Shown here: positions 14,800 to 28,084 of the stretch, one piece after another
Layout: every line of letters starts with the position of its first letter
Numbering within the stretch: the stretch's first letter is position 1
From: Octopus vulgaris
Lineage: Eukaryota
Direction: 5' to 3'
NCBI GenBank assembly: GCA_951406725.2
Contig: OX597821.1
Location: 44,826,001-44,890,000 of the forward strand
Length of the DNA stretch: 64,000 bases
Notes under the pieces: generated by a model
What the model was told of the DNA's origin: nothing
The model's database searches: none
Seen by the model: the letters and a program-made list of their open reading frames with translations, nothing else
Made by a program: the position numbers and the translations under genes

Positions 14800-15637
14800 T
14801 AGTTTGCTGTGATAACGACTGACAAAACAGTGATGACTAATAATATCGCAATTCTCAACTGGGCTATGTACCCAATAACCACCACCAACAATGACAGCTG
14901 GTAAGCTATTGTACATCATGGCAGGTACACCTCTTTTATATAACATCAGTCTATGTACATGATTAGTTACAAAAGTTGATATAATAGGCTCATTTGAGCA
15001 CTTATTTGCCTGAGTAGACGAATGAGATGGCACACCAGCTGAGTTATCCAAAAGCCATGGATGTCAGCTTAGTTGTTGGCATCAGTTTGATGAACAGAAT
15101 GGCAGACATCATTTCATTTGTCTGAAGAGTGATGGTGCCATAAGCCATTTCTGCTTTTTGATGATGCCATAGAAGCTGATGTTGTGACAGTTAATAAAGT
15201 AGACAAATTAGCTGGTTGGTTTGAAAAAAAACGTAGACATTGTATAGTCCTGACATCAGTGAATAAAGTAAGTAGGCTGTTGGTGAAATTAAACAGTAAA
15301 TCTTTCAATTTATATTCATATCACCGACATGCCAGTAATATATGCTATCAAGACATATTTACTACAAATCTATAATGAGTCCAGTGTTCTAGAGAAATAA
15401 GGAGACAAATAATGGCATTCATGGCTGATAACAGAGTAATGAGGATCTTTGAACCCCACCCCCACCCCGTGTTGCTGATCATGTGACTAATAAGAATAAA
15501 CATCGGCCTGGACAGGCTTCAACAGCTGACATAACTGACAACTGTCAAGTGCATAAGTCTCTATTTCCTTATTCAAGGTGAACATACAAAGATAAAATAT
15601 GTTCCAATTAAATGACAATGCGAACATTGATACATTG

Positions 15638-15678
<41 letters not shown>

Positions 15679-16104
15679 AGCATAAAATCCTCCTCCCCCT
15701 CTTCATCATTGTCATCACTTAACGTCCATTTTTTCATGTTCACATTGTCCAGAAACGTCTGCATGAAGACTGGGAAACAAATGATACTGCTTGAATGACA
15801 ATGGCGCTTGCTTGCAACTATCACACAGTATTAAGACAAGAGACACAATACAAACACACACACACACACACACACAGAGAAATATACATGATCAGCTTCT
15901 TTCCGTTTTCTCCTAACAAATCCACTCACATAGGTCTAGTCAGCCCAGGGCTATAGTGGAAGACACTTGCCCAAGGGCTTATTCAGTGCGACTGAACCCA
16001 TGGCTGGAAAGTAAGCTTCTCAACCACACACACATGTGTGTGGTTCAGAATATATATATGTAGACAAATACACACACATACACACATATATATACACACA
16101 TATA

Positions 16105-16283
16105 CATATATATTTTTTTCTCTCTTTTTGTTCTCTCTGTTTATTTCCTCATGTTCCTTTCTGTTGAAGAGTGTAGGCTCGAAATGTAAAAGACTTTCTC
16201 ACTTTCCCAAGCATCAAACTAATACACCTGTTTGTTGTTTATACACCTGTCTTCATCTTTTGTTTTTCAGTAAATTTCAACTA
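16105..16283 (+). mobile_element. Short PLE-like terminus with A6U hammerhead-like motif
   Basis: cttt-CTGTTGA-a-gagt(gtag)gctc-GAAA-TGTA-aaag at 16157-16192; related copy on the minus strand at 18085-18270. Confidence 0.55.
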
Positions 16284-16409
16284 TGTATGTATGTATGTAT
16301 GTATGTATGTATGTATGTATGTATGTATGTATGTATGTATGTATGTATGTATGTATGTATGTATGCATGCATGTATGTATAGAGTGTTTAAAGTGATGTA
16401 CAGACATTG

Positions 16410-16570
16410 TATATTAAGAAAAAGGAAGTTGTCAGAATTTTGAATAATTCTTTATTAGAGCTTTCATCCATTCATGAGGATTTTTCAAAATAAATTCTTT
16501 CCATAAAATTGCATGAAAGCACTAATAAAGAATTATTCAAAATTCTGACTGCCTCCTTTTTCTGAATATA
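16410..16570 (-). mobile_element. Small fold-back insertion with U3:A8 hammerhead-like motif
   Basis: Arms 16410-16467 and 16513-16570; minus strand 16451-16494 reads tttatt-TTGAAAA-atcc(tcatgaat)ggat-GAAA-GCTC-taataaa. Confidence 0.55.
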
Positions 16571-16632
16571 TATATATATACATACACGCACACACACATA
16601 CATACATTTATATATATATATATATACATATA

Positions 16633-17265
16633 TATAACAAATGAAAGACAGAATATATTACTAATCACAATTGTTTCGACTTATCTGGCATCGACTCCTC
16701 TTGTGGGACACACAAAAACTGGTTCAGGAGTATCCGGTGGTGCAGACGTATCTCGTCGGGTGATAAATAAATAAAAACAATTCATTAAAATGACTGTTCC
16801 ACAATGTAACCTTTTGTTTTGTAGAGAGAAAAACAGCCAGAGGGTGGGGGGAATCTTCATATGTATAGAAGATCAAAAATAAAATTGCAGAAGACAAAAA
16901 GAGAAACGAATACGTAATCCAGTGAGAAAAGTATTGAAAATAACCGTTAACATTTTTGTTGATGCTTGTATGAGCATGTGTACTTGTGCCATGCAGCTTG
17001 CCCGAGGGCATTTTTGAAGATTTTTCCTCCCTCTGGCTGTATTTCTCTCTACAAATCAGAAAGTTACATTGTGGAACAGTCATTTTAAGGAGTTGTTTTC
17101 ATTTATTTACCACCCAACAAAATACATCTGCACCACCGGATGCTCCTGAACCAGTTGTTGAGTTTCCCACCCAAGAGGAATCGATGCTAGATGTGTCAAA
17201 ACAATTGTCGTGATTAATAATAAATTCTCATCTATTCCATCTTCTAGCTTTCATTTGTTATATAC
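16633..17265. mobile_element. Older, diverged fold-back element next to (TA)n
   Basis: Arms ~16633-16860 and ~17015-17265 are diverged reverse complements; GAAACAATTGT(C) palindromic stem-III-like motif near the outer ends. Confidence 0.6.
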
Positions 17266-17356
17266 TTAACAATCACCCTGAAAGTGACCGTGCTTTGCCA
17301 GTAAGCTACCAGGTGTAAACCATTCATTTTATTATACATACACACATACATACATG

Positions 17357-17411
<55 letters not shown>

Positions 17412-17557
17412 ATATATATATATATATATATATAGATAGATAGATATAGATATATATATTGAACGCCTATATATATACATACATATATATATATATATGT
17501 ATGTATGTATGTATGCATGTATGTATGTATGTATGTGTGTATGTATAATAAAATGAA

Positions 17558-18068
17558 TGGAAGGCGTTCAATGGCATAAGAGATGTGCTCAAGGGAAGGT
17601 TGGACAGGACCACTCGCGCCAACCTCATTAACAGTGCAGTTCTGCCTGCAATGTTATATGGTAGTGAAACATGGGCTACAACAAAGAGAGAAGAGCAAAG
17701 ACTGGTAACGGCTCAAAGAGCCATGGAAAGGTCAATGCTTGGTATCTCATTGAGAGAGCACATAAGTAACGAGATCATCAGAAAGAAGTCCAGCGTGAGA
17801 GATGTCATCGCAGAGTATACACGCAGCAAGTATAGATGGGCTGGACACATCGCCCGGCTCACCGATAATCGGTGGACGCATGCAGTTGTCGAGTGGTACC
17901 CGTGCGAGTGGAAAAGTCCTCCACGACGGTGGAGTTACGATTTCAGGAGGACGATTGGGATCACGTGGATGAGAAAAGCGTGATCCAGAGAGGAGCGGAC
18001 AGCGTGCTGTGACCAGCGGTGTCAAATGGACGCCTGACGGACTGGTCGGTCAAGGTGATCAAGGTGAT
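17558..18068 (+). mobile_element. RTE-clade LINE 3' fragment
   Basis: ORF 17585-17983 ...[12 protein letters not shown]...QRAMERSMLGISLREHISNEIIR...RWAGHIARLTDNRW; tandem CAAGGTGAT tail. Confidence 0.85.
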
Positions 18069-18084
18069 ATATATATATATATAG

Positions 18085-18270
18085 GGAGAATTTACGAAAA
18101 AAACAAAAGACGAAGACAGGTGGTATACAAAACAAACAGATGTATTAGTATAATGCTCAGGAATAGAAAAAGTCTTTTACGTTTCAAGCCTATGCTCTTC
18201 TACAGAAAGGGACACAGAAAAAACAAGGAGAGAAAAAAATGTGTGTAGTGGCTAACGATCTCTCAGGGCA
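18085..18270 (-). mobile_element. Short PLE-like terminus with A6U hammerhead-like motif
   Basis: Minus strand 18174-18209 reads cttt-CTGTAGA-a-gagc(atag)gctt-GAAA-CGTA-aaag; lies between (TA)n tracts. Confidence 0.55.
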
Positions 18271-18419
18271 ACATATATATATACAAAAAGTATATGTATA
18301 TATTAGCATGGATATACAATAGAAAATTCAGAAAACCATGATATTCATCTCAAAAAAGCATCTTGTATAGATGTATAGTGCTAAAAAGCTCAGAAATATA
18401 TCAGGAGTAGACAAAAGCG

Positions 18420-18692
18420 TCCAACATTGGTGGTTGAATTGTCCAGGTAATATAAAAGTAGGGGCTCTCTACCCCTTTTTGACCAGGCTCCCATGGCTTT
18501 TATGGGTTTTTCCACGAGTAACCTTTCAAGGCACCTCCTCCTATTGGAAATTTTACTTGTTATATTTTTCACTGTTTTTCTTAATGTTGACACGGACCTT
18601 TCTTTTTCGGAAAAGCCTTTGTACTTTCTGTCATGTTTTTTGTCCTTACATGTTTTTGATTTATGTTAGCCCTTGTGGCCAATAAAACCAGA

Positions 18693-18695
<3 letters not shown>
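18420..18695 (+). mobile_element. Tx1/L1-like LINE 3' end
   Basis: Homologous to the minus-strand 3' end at 28085-28330; CCCTTGTGGCCAATAAA followed by an (ATT)n tail. Confidence 0.6.
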
Positions 18696-18737
<42 letters not shown>

Positions 18738-18998
18738 TACTACTACTACTATTTCCATTTATTATTAAAGAGTATTGTTAAATGTCATTTAGTTTCAACT
18801 TTCAACTTGTACTTGAGATAATCATAAATACGTGAATGTTGAAGGGAATAGTAGGAAGAAGAGTAGCAGCTTGGTGAATAGACCAAATTCTACAGGTCTG
18901 TAACTAGATTCGGCAGACGGTGAGGAGGTCAGCAATGGACATTCCTGTGCATTGCTGACCTCCTCACCTTATTATTATTATAATCATCATCATCTTAT

Positions 18999-19148
<150 letters not shown>

Positions 19149-19149
19149 C

Positions 19150-20510
19150 TAAGACATCGCACATTATCTAATATCATGATGTTGTTGACTGAGGATATTG
19201 TGTCTACCAGGGGTTTGTACTGTCTGTCAAGTCACAACAAGGACCTCAGACAAATAGTACTTTATGCAGTATGTGTGCAGTTCCAAGTAATTCCAGTTTT
19301 TGCAATACACCTAGATTGTAGGGAATTCCTAAGGTTTCCAACTCTCGTAGCTGCCACATCTCTGCAAGCTCAATTCTTAGGTATCTATATTTATCAATCT
19401 TTTCTCTATATTTCATGATAATATGTTGATCTCCTGGCACTGACACATTGATTATTAGGCATTCTTGTTTGTCCCTCCTAAAGGTTACTATATCTGGCCT
19501 TTGGTGCTCTAACACCTTGTCTGTCTGGAAGTCAAAGCCCCAGAGGATTTTTGCCTTCTCCTTTTTGTCCATTACCTTTTGCCAGTGTATGTTGGTACCT
19601 AGCACCCGTTACCTTGTATCCATACTTCTAGCATAGTAGCCAGTGAAGGTTTTGGGCTACCTTATCATGTCTGCATTTGTGTTCTCTCTGAGGAAGACTT
19701 TCACATGCACTAACAATGTGAGTTATGCTTTTGATCCTCTTCCCACACATTTTGCAGAGGTCCGTTGCACTTGTGTGGTATATATCGCTTTTCACTGAGT
19801 TGGTATTCAATGCCTGATCCTGGGCAGCTATGATTAGGCTTTCAGTCTTCTTTCTTAGGTCACCCTAACTGTGCCACCTCCATAATGCTTCCTTATCTTT
19901 TAAGCTGTTAGTTTCACAGTGGAACTGATCATGTAATTCCATGTGGAGTAGGGTTTCTCCTCTGTCGTTGACTATTTGTGATCGGAATTCACGAGCACTC
20001 TCAAGTCCATTTTTGGTAAATCCCTCTGCATTAGCAGCATACTGTAGCAGGTCCTGTTTGCTGTTTACCAAATATTCTGCCATGTTTCTTCTTTCACTGT
20101 TGATGCACTCCCATATGCTAATCAGTCCACGTCCATCTTTTAACCTCTTCATATAGAGCCTGTGCATGTTTGCCTTATGGTGGAGGGTACCATGCATTGT
20201 CATAGTCTTTCAAGTAGTGTGATTGAGTTAGTTAATCTCTGCTTGTGTCCATTTCAGGATGGGTGCACTATAGCAGACTACAGCAACAGCCCAGGTGTTG
20301 ATGGCAGTCCCAAGACTCTTTGAGTTGAGTTTTGATTTCAAGAGGTGTTTCAAATGTGCTTGATTTCAAGAGGTGCTTCAAATGTGCTTGATTTCAAGAG
20401 GTGCTTCAAATGTGCAGTGATGACCTTGTCTTTCTTTTCTCTGTGCAAGATATTGTCCACCTCCAGGATCCCAAAGTACTTCCATTCTCCATTTGACAAT
20501 TCTATGCCCC
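19150..20510 (-). mobile_element. R4/Dong-like LINE 3' half (RT thumb, CCHC, restriction-like endonuclease), decayed
   Basis: ORF pieces RLYMKRLKDGRGLISI, CKMCGKRIKSITHIVSAC...RHDKVA and ILWGFDFQTDKVLEHQRPDIV; (TAA)n at the 3' end. Confidence 0.85.
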
Positions 20511-20658
20511 TACAACATACTTACACTAAGGTCAACTTTGCCTTACATCCCTTCAGGGTTGATAAATTGAGTACCAATCAAGTACTGGGGTCGATGTGAT
20601 CAACTTACCTCCTCCCCACAAATTTCAGGCCTTGTGCCTCCAGAATAAAGGATTATTA

Positions 20659-20728
<70 letters not shown>

Positions 20729-21237
20729 CATTACTGAGTGAGAGAGCAGTGCATACCATCAAAGTAAAATATATGAAGCCCAGTATATCCATCATGACTA
20801 CCCGTCTGTTAAAGGTACACTAGGCACATGCATTGCAAGCATATGTGCGCAACATGGAGATCTTGTATCAAGATTAACAGCACATGACCTTGCATTTGTA
20901 GGTGTATGTAGAATTAAAATACATATACAGATGTGTATTTATGTATCTATGTGTATGTATATTTGTATGTACAAGGCACATTCCAGAGATTTTGATACTT
21001 TTTTTATGAGAGATATTGATTTCAAAGAAGTACAAAACTCTAATCTCCTTCAGAGTAGGATCTTCTGACTTCAAGTCGTTTGGTTAGCTGGGGGCTATAG
21101 TAGAGATTGTAGAAAACACTTGCACAAGGTGCCACACAGTAGGACTGGACCAGGAACCATATGGTGGGAATATATGTATATATATGTGTGTGTGTGTATG
21201 TGTGTGTGTATATGTGTGTGTGTGTACGATACAAATA

Positions 21238-21725
21238 AGATATGTTTTTCGAATACAGAATTGCCATTACAACAGCCGAAATACAGGATGAATTACCCTT
21301 ACAAAGCAGAAAAATTTGTCAGCAAACAGCCATGGGACTCAAACCCACATTCCTCAAGACTCTCACTGAGTGCTCTGCTATTAAGCTAAACTGTGTATTT
21401 CTGTTGTTCTAACAGCAATTCTGCATTCAAAAAAATATCATTTTATTTATATCATACAATACACATTTTGACACTTATAAAAAACAAATGCTAGTTTGTT
21501 TATATGTATATAGACATAGTTGTTCAATAAGCTATTTAGCATCTAAATTTGTGGATAATTTTGTCAGTTAGCAGTTTAGCTTAATAGCAAAGAACTTAGC
21601 TGGAGTCTTGCAAGATGTGGGTTTGAGTCCCATGGCTGGTTGATGACAAACTTTTCCACTTTGTAAGAGTAATTTACCCAGTATTTCTGCTGGTCTAAAG
21701 GCAATTCTGCATTCAAAAAAATATC
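21238..21725. mobile_element. Inverted pair of tRNA-headed short elements
   Basis: 21238-21393 is the reverse complement of 21572-21725; A-box-like TAGCTTAATAGC and B-box-like GGTTTGAGTCCC; extra direct copy of the tail at 21395-21440. Confidence 0.6.
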
Positions 21726-22815
21726 AGTCCACTTATGCGTGCCTTTTCTTCATTGGACACTAAACTCTGCTTGCGAAGACCAGTTGAGGCAAGTGAAATC
21801 GAAATCGAAATCAAAGTCAAAATCAAATTCAGTGACTGGCATCCGTTGCTAGTGGAGCGCTAAGAGTACCATATGAGAGAGATCGTTGCCAGAGCAACAA
21901 GCTGGCCCCATGCTGATGGCACGTTAAGCACACCATTCGAGCGTGATCGTTACTGCATCGCCTTACTAGCACTTGTGCTGGTGGTACGTGAAACATTCGA
22001 GTGAGGTCATCGCCAGTGCTGCTGGACTGGCTCTTGTGCAGGTGGCACGAAAAAATCGTCAAATCGTCCAACACATGCTAGCATGGAAAGCGGATGTTAA
22101 ATAATGATGACGATGATGATGATATACATACACACATACTTCTGTCTCTCCTTCTTGCAGTCCACTCAATTGTAGGTGAGTAATCCTGCAACAGAGTGAT
22201 GTTCTGTTGTGGATAAATGCTGGTCAAATTATCAGTATGGCGCCACTTGGAAACAACATAGGATAGTCAAGTAGGTTCAGCAATATTCTAATGTGTGTAT
22301 GTAAACATGTGTAATATGTCCACACAAACACTCATACACACATATCCATATACATTGTATATAGATGCATCATTGAATACATTAGTAGCAATTAGTAATA
22401 CACTTACACAAATGTATCTATAAGAGCATTTAGCATTATATAATTGCCTTTGTTCTTTGTTGATTGTTCATCATCATCATCATCCTCTAACGTTAATCTT
22501 CCATGTTGACATGGGTTGGATGGTTTGACAGGAGCTGAGAAGCCCAAAAACCACATTGGGCTCTACTATTTCTTTTAGCATGGTTTCTCTGGCATTAGGG
22601 ATGCTTCCTGCTGATGCTAATTACTTTACAGAGTGTACTGGAGTGCTTTTTATGTGGCACCAGCACCGGAGAGATCATCAAGTAACTTGCAAGAGAAAGA
22701 TCCCTCAACTGAGACAGGGACCAGTATCGAGTGGGATGACTTTGTGTTAGGTGATGAGAGGTTAAACTATGATAGAGGGACAGGAGATACATGGTTATCA
22801 CAGTCAGTGAGAGAA

Positions 22816-22866
<51 letters not shown>

Positions 22867-23036
22867 GAGAGAATGGGGATGGTAATGTGCAAGGGCATAC
22901 CCTCAAGATACAAGGTGAATGTAAATGGAGTGGTAGAATATTGGACAGTGTATGGCGAATACAAGAGATCCACTGGTATTCTCAGTCACACAAGAAGTAT
23001 AGCATACTGAGAATTCATATATATATATATATATAT

Positions 23037-24059
23037 CAATAATACAGTGATTGTTTCTTGTCAGGAACAAAAAGATTAATAGGACTGCTATAGAAGTGCT
23101 CTATTGAAAGAGACAAATATATCAAACTAAGGTTATAGAACAAACAAATGCAAGGTCATCCGCATAACACTTCATAATTCGAACATTTAATCATAGAATA
23201 TACATATAAACATCCTGCAAGATGGAACATAATTCATCTGTACAAGTATATAAGCATATAATAAGGTGCGAGAAAAAAGTTCATCACAGTTTAGAGTTAA
23301 TACTTTAGCGATTCAGAAAAATACATTTTTTTAAAAAACATTACAACACCTAGAAAGTAAAAATATAATATAAAGTAATATATAAAGATATATAGGTATA
23401 TAAAAATATATAAAATATATATATATATTTAAGAAGCATATAAAAAATATATAATATATATCATGTAAATAAAATAAAAGTTCATCGTTTAGAAATCTTA
23501 TAAAATTATTATTCAAGTAAGAGAAGCCTTATAGTTAAAAAAGAGGAAACCATATTTTCTTAATCCCTATGGCCATTTCAGGGGTGTATTATTATGTTTA
23601 AAGCACTAGGGTGCATCAAGATAATACCTCCTTCGTCAGGGGAAAAAATACAGAAAGACAGACATCATCGCGTACCAGGCTAGCACAATGTTGTGTGCTT
23701 TCCTATTGAAGCATTCATGCTCAGATAAGCTCAGATAAGAAAGAAATATATATATATATATTTTATATATTTTTATATACCTATATATTTTTATATATTA
23801 CTTTATATTATATTTTTACTTTCTAGGTATTGTAATGTTTTTTAAAAAAATGTATTTTTCTGAATCGCTAAAGTATGAACTCTAAACCGTGATGAACTTT
23901 TTTCTCGCACCTTATTATATGCTTGTATGCTTATATGCTTGTACAGATGAATTATGTTCCATCTTGCGGGATGTTTATATGTATATTCTATGATTAAATG
24001 TTCGAATTATGAAGTGTTATGCGGATGACCTTGCATTTGTTTGTTCTATAACCTTAGTT

Positions 24060-24066
<7 letters not shown>
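23037..24066 (-). mobile_element. Large fold-back PLE-like element in (TA)n with a hammerhead in the spacer
   Basis: Near-identical ~315-bp inverted arms 23117-23430 and 23745-24066; unpaired tail 23037-23116; HHR at 23564-23643. Confidence 0.75.
23564..23643 (-). ncRNA. Type I hammerhead ribozyme motif with intact core
   Basis: Minus strand reads tccc-CTGACGA-aggaggtattat...ataatacacccct-GAAA-TGGCCA-TA-ggga; palindromic ATGGCCAT stem III. Confidence 0.8.
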
Positions 24067-24093
<27 letters not shown>

Positions 24094-24339
24094 AAATGTT
24101 AGCACCAAGCAGTGTTTAGGCATAAGCATAATTTAGGTTTGTTCAGATGCCATCTATCAAGAATCTCAGACATCAATGTTTCAAGTTTTTAAACTCTTGT
24201 CAATGGTATATACCTAAGAGATGATTCTTTATGATGAATATTTACATTCGAAAGGACAAAACAGGACATTACAAAACATTTAAAGATGCTTGGTGATCTT
24301 ATTTGATGACTTTAAAAATATTTTATATATATATATATA

Positions 24340-25535
24340 TTCTATCAGTGTTGAATGCTTCGATCTTATTCCGTCCATTTAATTTCGACTTAAGGATCAG
24401 TCTCAGCCTGTGCAAGTACTCCACCTTAAATTTTTCTGTGATTTCTTTCTCCATCAATTTATCCATTTCCAGTATCCCCAAGTACTTATAGCCCATCTCT
24501 TGTATCTGCTTCATAACCTCCCCCGACAGTATTGTTAGCCTGTCCATACATTTGATTTTGCCTCTCTTCAAGACTAACACACCACACTTTCTTAGTCCAA
24601 ACTCCATTCTGATATCAGCACTGAAGGTATACACTGTATCAACGAGGGAACTGACTTGGGCTTCATGTTTACCATAAAGTTTGAGGTCATCCATGAATAA
24701 CAAATGGTTGATGTTTAGTTGGTGGCTTTTGAATACATAGCCAGCTTTTGCTTTCCTCAGAATCAGTGTTAGTGGTATCAAGCACAGTACAAAGATCAGT
24801 GGGGACAGGCAATCTCCTTGGAACATGCCCTTCCTAATTTCTACTGTCCCTAAACTTCTTCCGTTTGCTGTCAGGTCCATCCTCCAATTTGCAATACTTT
24901 TTCCAAGCAATCGCTCAACATTCCTTGCAATACCAAATAGGTTCATACATTCCGTAATCCAAGAATGTGGGATCATATTGTACACCTTATGATAGTCAAC
25001 CCATGACATAGCTTAGTTACTTTTCCTCCTCTTGCAGTCTCTAAGTACAGTTTTGTCTATCAGGAGTTGATCCTTGGTACCTCTGCACTTACACTTGCAA
25101 CCCTTCTGCTCATGTGGCAGGACTCCATTTTTTTTCCAGACGTTCATACATTGATTCTGTGAGTATTCCAGTCAGTAACTTCCACATGAGTGACAAACAG
25201 GATATCGGCCTGTAATTGTCTACTGTATTGCCTTTTCTATGTTTTTCAGGCACAGTGCTGTCCTACCCAATGTCAACCATTCTGGTGTTACTTGGTTGCC
25301 ATTTAACAAGGTGTTGAGTTGTGCAGCTATTCATGCATGACATTCACCAAATCATTTGATCCAGTAGTCTTGAACTCCATCTGGTTCTGGGGCCTTCTAG
25401 TTGCTAATTCTTTTGTTAATTTCCTTCGCTTCCCTAACTGAAATGACTAGTTCAGCCTGTTTTGGACAGACTACTGTTTGTTTCAGTTCTTGCAACTTTT
25501 CAGTATCTCCCTTGTGCTCCTTGTCTTTGCTCCAG
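24340..25535 (-). mobile_element. R4/Dong-like LINE reverse transcriptase fragment
   Basis: ORF 24323-25009: WVDYHKVYNMIPHSWI, GMFQGDCLSPLIF, HLLFMDDLKLYG, YKYLGILE. Confidence 0.9.
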
Positions 25536-25591
<56 letters not shown>

Positions 25592-25614
25592 CATCATCCT
25601 CATCATCATCATCC

Positions 25615-25684
<70 letters not shown>

Positions 25685-25689
25685 TATTA

Positions 25690-26685
25690 TTGAATGAGAG
25701 AGCAGTGCATGCCATCAAAGTGACACTCGGGTAAAATATATGAATCTCAGTATATCCATCATGACTACCCATCTGATAAGGATACACCAGGCATATGCAT
25801 CACAACCATATGTGTGCAACATGGTGATCTTATATCAAGATAAACAGTGCATGATGTTGCAGGTGGGGCCTGGCACATAAAAAGCACTGTTTGAGTGTTG
25901 GACTTCATAGAGGCAGTGGTGTCAAGCCAAGTGAGATTGTAGTCATAGCTGATGTCAGTGTTGCATGACTGGCCCATTAAAAGCACCCTTCAATTGTTGG
26001 GCAAGTAAAATTGTAGTTGCAGCCAATTGCCAGTATCATCTGACTGGCACCCATGCTGGAAGCACGTAAAAAGCACTATTTGAGCATTAGGCCTCATGGA
26101 AGCAGTGACAGGTGACCAAGACCTTTGGCAATATACCGTGCTTGTGTAGACCTGTCAAGCCAAGTGAGACCATAGTTGTGGCTGATGCTGGCATCAGGTC
26201 AATGGCACCTGTGCTGGTTGCATGTAAAAAGCACCCACTACACTCTTGAAGTGGTTGGTGTTAGGAAAGGCATCCAGCTGTGGAAACTTTGCCAAATCAA
26301 ATCAGAACCTGGTGCAGTTCCCCAGCTTACCAGTTTTAAATCAAACCATCCAACGCATACCAGCATGGAAAGCAGACACTAATTGATGATAATGATGATG
26401 ATGAGTAGCCCATCCCACTCAAAAGGTCTCTGCATGAGGGTTGTTTACAGATGATGAATGAAACACCCATCTTTCCAGAGGTGAATTATTCAAACTCCAA
26501 AGACTTCCTCTCAACACATGGCTGTGATGCTCCCCCACTACTTCTGCTTGTGATCAGAGATGAACATATTGTCAGCCACCAAGGGGTATGCTCAATTTGT
26601 TATGATCAAATAACTGACAAGCAAATCTGTGGTATTGAGCAAAATATTTGCTGTAGGCCATCTTTTATACCAAGACAAAACACAT
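25690..26685 (-). mobile_element. TAA-A element split by an RTE 3'-UTR insertion (25873-26401)
   Basis: 25690-25870 and 26402-26685 are near-consecutive parts of the reverse complement of 3282-3840. Confidence 0.7.
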
Positions 26686-26734
26686 TTATTATTGTTGTTG
26701 TTGTTGTTATTTTTGTTATTGTCATTATTAATAT

Positions 26735-27270
26735 TTTCCAGTACATACAGAATGAACCATCAAAGTTAATAAACAGGATATTGTTGTGACAGACCAAAAC
26801 AATAAAGTTTGTTTATTGATTGACGAGTATTCCTTGTGATCAAAATATCTCAGCAAAAGAATTTGGCAAGCTCAGAAAATATAAAGATTTGCTGACTGAA
26901 ATTGAAAAACATGTCGCACCTTAAGGCAATTACAATATCAGTGATAGTAGGAGCACTAAGGATGGTTAAAAAAGAAACTGAAAATATTTGAGAATGATCC
27001 CTGGTTTAACATCCCAGCAAGAAGTGCAAAAGATTGTTGTAACTAGTACGTCACATGTGTTGACAGGAGCATTGTCAATGTGAGAGCAATTACCACCAAT
27101 GTATTTTTATTTGTATTTATTAATGTTGTATGTTTTCATGAAACTTCCTTTCATTTGGAAAATGAACTATCTGATGTGTCTAGTTTAATGGCCTATTAAT
27201 GTATACAAGTTTCTTTGTTCTAGGTGTCAAGAAGAAACTTGGCAAGAAATGGAAACACAATTGAAAGTTA
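26735..27270 (+). mobile_element. R4/Dong-like REL endonuclease end and 3' UTR
   Basis: Decayed N.PDIV..D...C..ID and PVIVGALG-type motifs; ends at an (ATT)n tract; similar fragment at 27830-28040. Confidence 0.6.
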
Positions 27271-27321
27271 TTATTATTATCATTATTATTATTATTATTA
27301 TAATTAATGATAATGATAATG

Positions 27322-27405
<84 letters not shown>

Positions 27406-28084
27406 TTATTATGCATATGTTTTATCTTGGTGTAAAAGATGGGCTACGGCAAATATTCTGTTCAATACCACAGACTTGCATGTTAATTGTTTGACCTTAA
27501 TCTGTTGAGCATGTTCCTCAGTGGCTGATAATATGTGAATCTCTGACCACAAGAAGGAGTAGTGGGGAGTATCATAGCCATGTGTTGAGAGGAATTCTTT
27601 GGAGTTTGAATAATTCACCTTCATTATCCTGAAACAACCCTTTTGAGTGGGATGGGCTACTCAACCTAAAGAAAATTCTAACTGGGCCCCACCTGTTAGG
27701 TCATGTGCTGCCTATCTTGATATGGTTGTAATGCATATGCCTGGTGTAACCTTATGTTATGGTTAATCATGATGGGTATACTGGACTTTGTATATTTGTA
27801 CCCCAATGTCACTTTGATGGCATAAAAAAAAGAAAAATTGATTCCAATCAACCAGACATTGTGATCAAAGACTATAACAGAGGAATTTGTCTGTTAATAG
27901 ATATGTCAGTACCACAAAATCAAAACGTCTCATGAAAAGAATACAAAAAGCTTTTTCCCTATAAATATCTGCAAATTGAAATCACAAAAATGTGGAAGCT
28001 TAGTACTACTATAATACCAGTAGTAATTGGTGTGTTGGATGGTGGTGGTGATGATGATGATGATGATGATGATTCATTAATTAA

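Noticed and set aside
16105-18270. 16105-16283 and 18085-18270 as arms of one large fold-back
   Set aside because: They are tail-to-tail and clearly diverged; more likely two independent insertions of one family.
25397-25787. Poly-M/I/L/S/H/D/N ORFs, also at 18952-19164 and 27180-27494
   Set aside because: (ATT)n and (CAT)n trinucleotide tracts are stop-free in most frames; these are retro-element tails or targets.
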